Below, piece by piece: positions 37,172-45,072 of a stretch of DNA of 64,000 nt (the first letter of the stretch is position 1; each line of letters starts with the position of its first letter). The translations under genes and the position numbers were made by a program. Origin of the DNA: a virus. The stretch is taken from positions 1 through 64,000 of IMG/VR virus record IMGVR_UViG_3300047472_000155; one strand, given 5' to 3'. The notes under the pieces are model-generated. The model did no database searches, had not been told where the DNA came from, and saw only the letters and a program-made list of their open reading frames with translations.

Positions 37172-37419
37172 ATGCGTTTATGGAAAACTCGAAACCTTTG
37201 CATCTTATGGTAATGCAATAACCCCTCTACACATGTGGAATTGTAGTCAACCTCTGCGATCTTGGGAAGTGCAGTCACACCACTACTCTTATGGCAATAG
37301 TAGCAAACCCTACATATATGGAATGTAGCGAACCTCTAGTCTTGTGGCTGAGAACTAGTAGACCTCTTACTTTCTGGATAGTAAAGTAAACCTTGCATTT
37401 TTATGGATCTGCATAAACC
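37172..37419 (-). repeat. Tandem array of 8-9 diverged ~28-nt hairpin/pseudoknot units
   Basis: Each unit on the minus strand is GGT(T)-N2-5-stem-loop containing CCA-stem; stems differ between units but each pairs. Confidence 0.75.
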
Positions 37420-37421
37420 AA

Positions 37422-37492
37422 AGCCCTGTGACAGAATTGAACTATCGTTTGCGGGTTACAAAACCGCCGTTCTACCATTAAACTAAAAGGGC
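37422..37492 (-). tRNA. tRNA-Thr(TGT)
   Basis: GCGGT-TTTGTAA-CCCGC. Confidence 0.85.
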
Positions 37493-37500
37493 ATATAAAG

Positions 37501-37586
37501 GGTGCATAACAGGACTTGAACCTGCAAGAAGAGTACTCTTCACGAAGTTCACAGCTTCGCGCGTTTACCATTTCGCCATACACACC
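37501..37586 (-). tRNA. tRNA-His(GTG) with long variable arm
   Basis: G-1:C73 pair; CGAAG-CTGTGAA-CTTCG; extra arm GAAGA-GTAC-TCTTC. Confidence 0.85.
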
Positions 37587-37598
37587 ATATTACTTATT

Positions 37599-37808
37599 TT
37601 AAAATCGCTCACATTCAACCAATACATCATGTTCAGCAATATCAAAAATGAATTTATTAATTTCATAGAATACCTTAACAACATAATTCTGAATTCCATA
37701 TGAATCAAGTTCTGGAATTACTGCAACTATTTCACAAACAACATCAACGTCATCCATATACGACTTGAATTTTTCTCCAATTTCAAATACTTCAATCACT
37801 ACATACAC
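37599..37808 (-). CDS. Hypothetical protein
   Basis: 69 aa; RBS GAGGTG suggests a start slightly downstream. Confidence 0.5.
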   Translation of the reverse strand: MYVVIEVFEIGEKFKSYMDDVDVVCEIVAVIPELDSYGIQNYVVKVFYEINKFIFDIAEHDVLVECERF

Positions 37809-37837
37809 CTCTTTTAAATTGTAGTTAAATAATATAA

Positions 37838-38193
37838 TATTTCCAACATGTCAGCCACGTACAAACCATCAAGGGCAATTTACAACTCCCTATTAAACTA
37901 AACCGTGGATTTTATCGAATTGGCTAGTTAGGACTTATCTTGCCTAACTTCTTAGCCATGAAAATTGCACCTTCACCTTTGACTCTGCGTCTCTGGCAGA
38001 ATAAGAGTCTTGAGTCGTGACAATTGAATGCTTTGAGCGTTGAGTCTTGAACTTTATATCCAATTTGTATAATTTGATATATCGTATCAAATAATCTTAT
38101 ATTTGCTCCTATAGCAAGGAATTGTATTAACAATGTTAACCCACATTGTAAGAAAGGTGTAAGAGTTCAATGGTTTTCGACATATTGGAAATA
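37838..38193 (-). ncRNA. Candidate structured RNA closed by a 15-bp terminal helix, with internal heptamer repeats
   Basis: 37838-37852 and 38179-38193 are inverted repeats (14/15, the exception G-U on minus); seven A..TC units at 38005-38055. Confidence 0.6.
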
Positions 38194-38246
38194 GGTAGTT
38201 TTATTTATTTAAGGTGCATGATCTACCAAACAAACACATCATCATA

Positions 38247-38897
38247 CTATTCCGAAACTTCAATCGTTGTTACAACATTACTTGTAGACAAGATGAAGTC
38301 ACATTCGTTTTCAAATTCTTCAATCTCGGATGTCAATTTTTCAATCAATTCTTTAAGACCTACTGGATCAATAAGTTTTGGCTTATTGTCTTTACTGAAA
38401 TTCTTTGTGATTTCCTGAATTTCAATATCTCTTCCATCTCTCTTACCATCTTTACCAAGATTGAGAATTGTTTCAATACGATGATTTAGTGCTGATTCAT
38501 AGCTGTTATTGCTATTCTCAAGAGAATTTAATACCTTGTTGTGTTGGTACTTAAGTGTGCTAAGATATGTTTTATCGTAAGAGATTGAAGTTTTACGTTC
38601 AATAACTTCTGCAACTGTATATTCTTTTCCGCTAGGGAACGTAACTACAGTAATGGCATTTGATGCAACAATTTTAGATTTAATCTCATTTCTACGTGCA
38701 ATGAGAGAATTGATCTTGTCAACAGATGCTTTCGCACTTGTCTCATATTGTTCTACTGTGATGTGACCACCAATAAGCTTGTCGCCAGTTTGAATCGTAG
38801 TCAACTGTGCCTCATTGATTGCTCTTGTAATTCTAGCATCCAACAATTTAAGTTCATTTAAAGCCCTGGTAATTGAGTAACTAATAGTCATTTGCAC
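38247..38897 (-). CDS. Coiled-coil protein, DIP1984-like family
   Basis: SITRALNELKLLDARI, IVASNAIT...YTVAEVIE, LIDP, LSTSNVVTTIEV. Confidence 0.6.
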   Translation of the reverse strand: MQMTISYSITRALNELKLLDARITRAINEAQLTTIQTGDKLIGGHITVEQYETSAKASVDKINSLIARRNEIKSKIVASNAITVVTFPSGKEYTVAEVIERKTSISYDKTYLSTLKYQHNKVLNSLENSNNSYESALNHRIETILNLGKDGKRDGRDIEIQEITKNFSKDNKPKLIDPVGLKELIEKLTSEIEEFENECDFILSTSNVVTTIEVSE

Positions 38898-39089
38898 ATT
38901 CTCCTTTTTCCCTTTGAATTTGTTTTATCTTTGATTTATATATTGTATCAAAAAACTCAACGATACTAACGAGGCTGGTAGGGGATTAACATCGTCAAGT
39001 TTTTTCATACAACATCTCGTTCTCAACTCTACTTCTATAGTATATCATTTTATCTTTCATTTGTCAAGTACTTTTTAAAATTATTTAAT

Positions 39090-39173
39090 TGGCAAAGGAG
39101 GGGAGAATCGAACTCCTTGGGAACGGTTTTGGAGACCGCCTTATTACCTCTCCAATTTAACCCTCTCTCCCTC
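39090..39173 (-). tRNA. tRNA-Trp(CCA) with unpaired, enlarged D region
   Basis: GCGGT-CTCCAAA-ACCGT; G73 plus CCA; own promoter at 39183-39211. Confidence 0.75.
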
Positions 39174-39231
39174 ATGTTCTTTATTATACCATTTTATCTT
39201 GTATTTGTCAAGCACTATTTTTTTACTCTTT

Positions 39232-39585
39232 AATAATGTAGTCATAGTAACCGTCCATCCTCACCTATGACACAATAGGTCGATCAATCCTATTGATCCT
39301 CACGTTAATCATTTATCTAACAACCTAATGTTGGTCTCAATGATTAACATTACCAATATAGTACCCTCCTACTACCTACTATATTGAGTAGCGGTTCACT
39401 CATGACAATATCACCACCACTTGCCCTCATAGTCCGTTGTAACGTCTCTATTCATGAGTTTCAACGTTACGCTCTTTCGGAGCTACTACGCAACATGATA
39501 AACACTAATATTATATCACTTGCATTGTGATCTCATCGGCTTATTTTATTGCCGACATTCGATATTGTGTTCATCACCTTACATA
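39232..39585 (-). ncRNA. Candidate ~350-nt multi-hairpin ncRNA
   Basis: Consensus promoter at 39590-39618, no ORF in the track, at least nine helices. Confidence 0.6.
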
Positions 39586-39649
39586 AAGAATTATATCACA
39601 CTTACAATAGAAAGTCAAGCACAATATAAAATGAAAGTAAAATTATTTT

Positions 39650-40843
39650 TTACAAGTCGGCAAATACCTTAGAGGACTCAGAACGAATATCTTCTTGAAG
39701 ACACATAATACCAACTAATGGATTACCTTTAAGTCCTTCAATAGCTGCTATAAGACCGTTATTATGTGTATATTTGTCTTCTGCTTGATTAATATCTCCA
39801 CTAAATACTACACACGCATTCTTGCCCAAACGTGTACCGATAAGCTTGATAGTTTTCTTGTCAAGGTCTTCCGCTTCATCTACAAGAATAAATGTGTCAG
39901 AGATAGATAATCCTTTCATAAACCAAGGAATCTCTTTCTTAATCTTATTATTTTGTTGCATTGCTGCCAATTCAAACTCTCCACCATTAAGATGCTGAAT
40001 GATTGGTCTAAAAAAGTCTGCTGTTTTTTCGTCTTTACTACCAGGTAAGAACCCAATTTCTTCTCCACCAGCTCCAGACGGATTACGTACCATCATCAAC
40101 GAACTATACTTCTTCTTACTATTAGAGCCATTTACAAATTCAAGAGCAGTCTTAACAGCAAGATACGTTTTACCGCTTCCATAAGTTCCTGTAATGATCT
40201 TAATAGGGATATCTTTATCCCAAAGCAAGTCTAATGCACATGCTTGATGTGCATTTTGAGCAGTAACAACACGTTCAGGTGGAAGGTCTATATCTACTAG
40301 AAACTCTCCATTCCAACGTGCACAATGGAATTCCCCATTAAAGTCAATGATAAGATATTCATTTATCAACAGCTCAAACATATTGGTATTGTCTTCGTAA
40401 ATTTCAGCAAGTTCTTCATCATTGTCAACTTTGATTTCTTTGAACCCTTGGTATGAAGTGTCTTTTGATTTATCTTCATCAGCTTCAATTAATTCAATTC
40501 CATATCCTTCTGCCTTGAATTGTAATAGAATATCATTTGTAATCAATCCATAATCCTTTTCAAGACAAGCTTTAATAATCATGTTGTCAACGTAAGTGTT
40601 TTCATATGGGTCTTCGGCATTCCATGTGTAATCCGAAAGATCAAAATGAATTAGATCATTTTCTTTTCTTTCTTTAATCCATCTTACAGCCTTTCTTGCT
40701 TTGAATGCCAAATCTCTCTTTTCTCTATTGCCCTTATGTTTCTCCAATTCTCTTAATACATGAGATAAAATTACAATCTCCTTATTCTCAAGTAATCCAA
40801 GATCATCCAGCAGGGTATTGGTATCCACCACAAATTTTGTCAT
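39650..40843 (-). CDS. phoH: PIN-PhoH family protein
   Basis: PIN motifs VVDTN and LITND; P-loop GTYGSGKT; IGFLPGS, ILVDEAE, GDINQ. Confidence 0.9.
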   Translation of the reverse strand: MTKFVVDTNTLLDDLGLLENKEIVILSHVLRELEKHKGNREKRDLAFKARKAVRWIKERKENDLIHFDLSDYTWNAEDPYENTYVDNMIIKACLEKDYGLITNDILLQFKAEGYGIELIEADEDKSKDTSYQGFKEIKVDNDEELAEIYEDNTNMFELLINEYLIIDFNGEFHCARWNGEFLVDIDLPPERVVTAQNAHQACALDLLWDKDIPIKIITGTYGSGKTYLAVKTALEFVNGSNSKKKYSSLMMVRNPSGAGGEEIGFLPGSKDEKTADFFRPIIQHLNGGEFELAAMQQNNKIKKEIPWFMKGLSISDTFILVDEAEDLDKKTIKLIGTRLGKNACVVFSGDINQAEDKYTHNNGLIAAIEGLKGNPLVGIMCLQEDIRSESSKVFADL

Positions 40844-40884
40844 AGCTCTACATCCTCTCAGTAGCTTCTATTTTTTATAGAAAA

Positions 40885-40912
40885 AAGGGCAGGGATTTTA
40901 CACCCTGCCCTT
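40885..40912 (-). terminator. Intrinsic terminator after HU gene
   Basis: GGGCAGGG/CCCTGCCC stem followed by T tract on the minus strand. Confidence 0.8.
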
Positions 40913-40942
40913 AGTTTCATTATTTTGTTAAAACCTTATTAA

Positions 40943-41239
40943 TTACTTTACAGAATTTTTCAGACCTGTAACACGAAGACCAACTGTTTTTGTTTCTGGA
41001 ATATCAATTGATTCGCCTGTCTGTGGATTGCGACCAGTGTGTGCTGCACGTGTACGAACTTCATATACACCATGACCTTGTAGTGCTACATCGTCACCAT
41101 TTGCCAATGAGGTATAAAGTGCTGTCAGTACTGCGTCAACTGCGCGAGCTGCATCTTTCTTTGTGAACTTTTCACCTTCACCAAGTTCCACCGAAGCCTG
41201 TACTACATCAATAAATTCTTTCTTTCCAAGTTGTGCCAT
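40943..41239 (-). CDS. hup: HU-family DNA-binding protein
   Basis: RAAHTGRNPQTGESIDIP signature. Confidence 0.92.
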   Translation of the reverse strand: MAQLGKKEFIDVVQASVELGEGEKFTKKDAARAVDAVLTALYTSLANGDDVALQGHGVYEVRTRAAHTGRNPQTGESIDIPETKTVGLRVTGLKNSVK

Positions 41240-41322
41240 TTTAACATTTCTCCTTTTTCTCTTTTGAGATAATTTTTATTTAGTCAAGTGATTCATTTTA
41301 TGTTTCACTTGTATACTACAAT

Positions 41323-41649
41323 TTACAAACCTGTCTTGATCTTAATTTTTTCTGAGTCAATTTCAGTCAAATTCTCATCGAAAAACTTAATCTCATTTAC
41401 AACATCAACATAAAGTACTCTTGTCATAAGTGCCTGATTAGTCCAATCATTGTACTTACCATTCTTGAGTTTGGGCTTATTGAATACCATATATTGCTTT
41501 ACTGATTCATCAATTATATATGTCCAATTAGGAACATCATAATTAAATTCATTATCAGTATTTACAATACACCATTTGGAAAATATAGCTTTACTCAATA
41601 TTTCATCCATCACTTCAACTCTAGATTTCTTCTTTGCCAATCTTATCAC
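41323..41649 (-). CDS. Hypothetical protein
   Basis: 108 aa, coupled to the upstream gene. Confidence 0.6.
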   Translation of the reverse strand: MIRLAKKKSRVEVMDEILSKAIFSKWCIVNTDNEFNYDVPNWTYIIDESVKQYMVFNKPKLKNGKYNDWTNQALMTRVLYVDVVNEIKFFDENLTEIDSEKIKIKTGL

Positions 41650-41839
41650 CTACTTCTTTGCTTTCATGACAGAGATAACTAGAAAGAACTTCTAAACAAA
41701 TGTGCGTTTTGTTGTTCTTATATCTAGCAAAGTAGTCATTCCACTCATTCAGTATTTCCTCAACAACAATTTTCTTTTGTTCGAAAGGAATCTCATTGTC
41801 AAGATCAATCTTCTTGCCATTCGGTAGTATTAACTTCAT
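41621..41839 (-). CDS. Hypothetical protein
   Basis: 72 aa; RBS and promoter at 41865-41893. Confidence 0.6.
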   Translation of the reverse strand: MKLILPNGKKIDLDNEIPFEQKKIVVEEILNEWNDYFARYKNNKTHICLEVLSSYLCHESKEVGDKIGKEEI

Positions 41840-42169
41840 GTTGCGTTCCTTCCTTACATTAGTAATTATACCATTTTATCTTTCATTTGTCAAGCATTTT
41901 TTATTACTGATCTTTCTGAGCATTGAATGTTTCTCCTTAACATGTTACTATTATACCACTTTATAATGCCTTTGTCAAGCATTATTTTTAATATTCTGTT
42001 TTCAAGGAACAATATACTATAGTTATATAGGAAAGTCTTTGGACCGCTTGGTCTTTTGTAGCTCCTTGTAAATAAGGACTTTTATTTCTTTCCCTTAACT
42101 AACTATAGTATACCATTTTATCTTTCGTTTGTCAACAGTTATTTTTATAGGACTCTAAAATCATCCCGA

Positions 42170-44488
42170 TCAAGCCATAAAGTCATTACTAATCCCATCG
42201 TTGCTGAAAAGCACACTGTCAACAGAAGCGCGAAAAGAAGCGTCATTTTCATATTCCTCCTCTATTATATATCTTAGATACTTTTCATTTCCAATGGTTC
42301 CATTTAATATGTCACACAGAAACGTATTGCGTCTAAGGTTCTCAAATTTCTTAAGTGCCTCATTTATTGTTCTTGCTTGACCCAAGATAACAAGAAATTC
42401 TTCTGGTCTAGTCCAAGCTACATACAACAAGTTAGCATTTAATTGATGTGTATGAGCCTTATCGCTAATAGAGATTACTCCTCTTGCCGCTGATCCTTGG
42501 CTCTTGTGCATTGTCATACACGCCGATAAAAGTAGTTTCGCAAGTTCAGAACTCTTGAACATCACAACATCATCTTCAAATTGTATTGTCAATACTCTAT
42601 TTTGAGTGTCAATGTCAATAATAGTTCCTGTATCTCCATTCATAATGTCAACCTCTTGCTCATACTGATTTAATACTCTATATGTGTTAACATTATTCAA
42701 CACTTTATCTCCTACACGAAGAAATATTTCATTCTTATCTTTTATCATTTTAACTTCACTTACAAAATCATCTTCTTTCGGATTGATGATCTCTTGAAGT
42801 ACATTATTAATATGATAAGTTCCTAAGTTTCCTTTCTTAGTGGGAGATAATACCATCAATCCATCAACTGTATATGTCTTAACCATTCTATTGAAGTAAT
42901 GCAAATACGCCTCTTCCATTTGACCTTGAGGACAAGATACGAACAAACAGTTGTTGCCAAACTTCTTTACTCCCATAAAGTCATCTTCAATAAATTTTTC
43001 ACCTTTACGTACCATTGTAACTACGTCAAGTATTCCACCTTCTTTTTGACGAAATACAATATCAAGCAATGTAATAGGGAACACTCCGCTTTGCTGACAG
43101 TCATACAAGAAGTTTCCTGCTGACACACTTGGAATTTGGAAGCTGTCTCCTAAAAACAGAATACGTACATTCGGATTTGTAAGCTTATAAAGAAGTATCT
43201 TTGCTAATTTGATATCACACATAGAACTTTCATCTACAATTACAAAGTCTTCATCTACAATCATCATCCCAAATTCATCTTCACTTGAACCTATGCCCAC
43301 TTTTTTATGAATAGTGAAAGCATCTTCCTTAGTATATTTCTTCAACACCTTAGAAGCTTTTCCTGTCGGTGCAAGTAACGCAAATGTCAATCCTAATTCT
43401 TTGGCAAGTTCAATTATCAACTTTTGCATCATACTTTTACCTGTACCCGCATAACCAATCAAGAAGTTTACAGCATTTTTCTTTAAATTCACAAACAAAC
43501 TTCTTTGTTGATGAGTTAATTTTATTTTGTACTTGTCTTCCATTCTCTTAATAAAGTCTTCGATATCGAAATTTAATTCTGCGGAATGTTCTTGTAACTT
43601 ATTCAATTTATATGACACTTGTACTTCTAATTTGAAATTACTTTCAAGAGCGAATTTGCCATCAATATCAACAATGTCTTCAACATTTGGCAATTCCTTG
43701 GTGATTAATTCCTTTTTAAGCTTAAGAAGCTTATAAGAATCCATTATTAACTTCTGTCTTAAGATATACGTGTCACCATTGCTTTCAACTTCTCTAATGG
43801 AATATCTTATCGCAGCATGAATTCTAAAAGGACTTTCCTCATCTACTCCCATTTGAAGTGCAATGTCATCCGCTGTTTTAAATCCTATTCCAGCAAAATC
43901 CGTCATGATGTATGGGTTCTCTCTAAGCTTTTCTGCTAACACTTTTGCCGTTGGGTATCTTCCCATTAACTTGTGAAGCATTGAGTAGTCTAACATAGGG
44001 AACTCATTGTGTAACTCAAGAAGTTCAAGATTTTTTAGAATTTTATCTCTAAATATTGGATAAGTAATTTCTCCAAATCCATATACCTTCTTATATTCAA
44101 AGGTATCATCTTTTAATAACTCAATGATATCATGCCCTTTGTATACGTTCATAATTGACTCAAATTGCAATGGAGTTACAAGCATCTTGATAAATCTTTC
44201 TTGTTGTTCTGGAGTCGATGGAATGTCTTGTTTCATTCTGTTGATTTTATAACTCCATCCCCACTTGGGATCATTTCTATCAAGTGTAGCTTCCATCATC
44301 CATATTGATCCAACATCCAATCTGTGTACAATACCATTTACCGATAAGTTGCCATACTTATTCACATGAACATCTTCTAGCGAATAGTCTTCATAATTTA
44401 CAAGGCTAACGCCATAACTTCCCCACCCAGAATCTTCTCTATATGCAATTTCACGATCAATTCTAACTTCAACCTCAATCTTACTCAT
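42170..44488 (-). CDS. recD2: RecD2-like SF1B helicase
   Basis: GIGFKTAD HhH, GYAGTGKS, APTGKAS, VDESSM, HKSQGS, LLYVAWTR; start re-called at ATG 44488. Confidence 0.92.
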   Translation of the reverse strand: MSKIEVEVRIDREIAYREDSGWGSYGVSLVNYEDYSLEDVHVNKYGNLSVNGIVHRLDVGSIWMMEATLDRNDPKWGWSYKINRMKQDIPSTPEQQERFIKMLVTPLQFESIMNVYKGHDIIELLKDDTFEYKKVYGFGEITYPIFRDKILKNLELLELHNEFPMLDYSMLHKLMGRYPTAKVLAEKLRENPYIMTDFAGIGFKTADDIALQMGVDEESPFRIHAAIRYSIREVESNGDTYILRQKLIMDSYKLLKLKKELITKELPNVEDIVDIDGKFALESNFKLEVQVSYKLNKLQEHSAELNFDIEDFIKRMEDKYKIKLTHQQRSLFVNLKKNAVNFLIGYAGTGKSMMQKLIIELAKELGLTFALLAPTGKASKVLKKYTKEDAFTIHKKVGIGSSEDEFGMMIVDEDFVIVDESSMCDIKLAKILLYKLTNPNVRILFLGDSFQIPSVSAGNFLYDCQQSGVFPITLLDIVFRQKEGGILDVVTMVRKGEKFIEDDFMGVKKFGNNCLFVSCPQGQMEEAYLHYFNRMVKTYTVDGLMVLSPTKKGNLGTYHINNVLQEIINPKEDDFVSEVKMIKDKNEIFLRVGDKVLNNVNTYRVLNQYEQEVDIMNGDTGTIIDIDTQNRVLTIQFEDDVVMFKSSELAKLLLSACMTMHKSQGSAARGVISISDKAHTHQLNANLLYVAWTRPEEFLVILGQARTINEALKKFENLRRNTFLCDILNGTIGNEKYLRYIIEEEYENDASFRASVDSVLFSNDGISNDFMA

Positions 44489-44766
44489 GTTTTCCTCCCT
44501 TCTCCCTTCTTTTATTCCGATAATTAACATACATATATTGTATCATTTTATCTTTCATTTGTCAACTGTTTTTGTGAGAGTATCGACAATAATTTTGGGG
44601 GAGTCTTCCGTGGTCGGTCGGCATTAGAGGTCGATACCCTCATTTTCAAGCCTTTCCTCTCTCTCCCTTTTTTATACATATAATGAAGGAAAAATATTTT
44701 TGATGATATAAGAATATATTTGTCCATGCCCTAATATTATTAAGTATCAACAAAAATAAACGATGA

Positions 44767-45069
44767 TTGGAGGCGATTAAAAACGTGGATCAATACTTTA
44801 GGTGTGTTGTGAACGGTCTTACGATTGATGACACAATATTACTAGGCATTCTCCAAGACAAAGATGCCATATCTAAACAGAAGTCAATTAAGGTTAGCGT
44901 AGTACTCAAGGAAAGCGAATATACCGAAGCAAAATTTAGAAAGTCAATCGACAGACTTACCGCTCTCCAATTTATCGTCCTCAACAAAGATTACAAGGAA
45001 CATGGTGTGTTTATCTCTGAGTATGGTGTTGTTGCATTAAAAAATACATTAGAAACTATGGGAGGTTAA
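44767..45069 (+). CDS. Winged-helix protein, TubR-like adaptor candidate
   Basis: 100 aa with wHTH pattern, coupled to the tubulin-like gene. Confidence 0.55.
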   Translation: MEAIKNVDQYFRCVVNGLTIDDTILLGILQDKDAISKQKSIKVSVVLKESEYTEAKFRKSIDRLTALQFIVLNKDYKEHGVFISEYGVVALKNTLETMGG

Positions 45070-45072
45070 TTA

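Noticed and set aside
37172-37419. CRISPR array or mini-array
   Set aside because: Units are contiguous ~28-mers with only a few conserved bases; there is no identical repeat plus unique spacer pattern and no cas gene in the window.
28274-37583. Short ORFs over tRNA/RNA genes or the adjacent structured spacer (28274, 28658, 28671, 29464, 30308, 31266, 36804, 36999, 37401)
   Set aside because: They overlap cloverleaves or RNA structures, lack an RBS and have non-protein-like composition.
37838-38193. Retron msr-msd
   Set aside because: The terminal inverted repeat is reminiscent, but no reverse transcriptase is encoded in the window.
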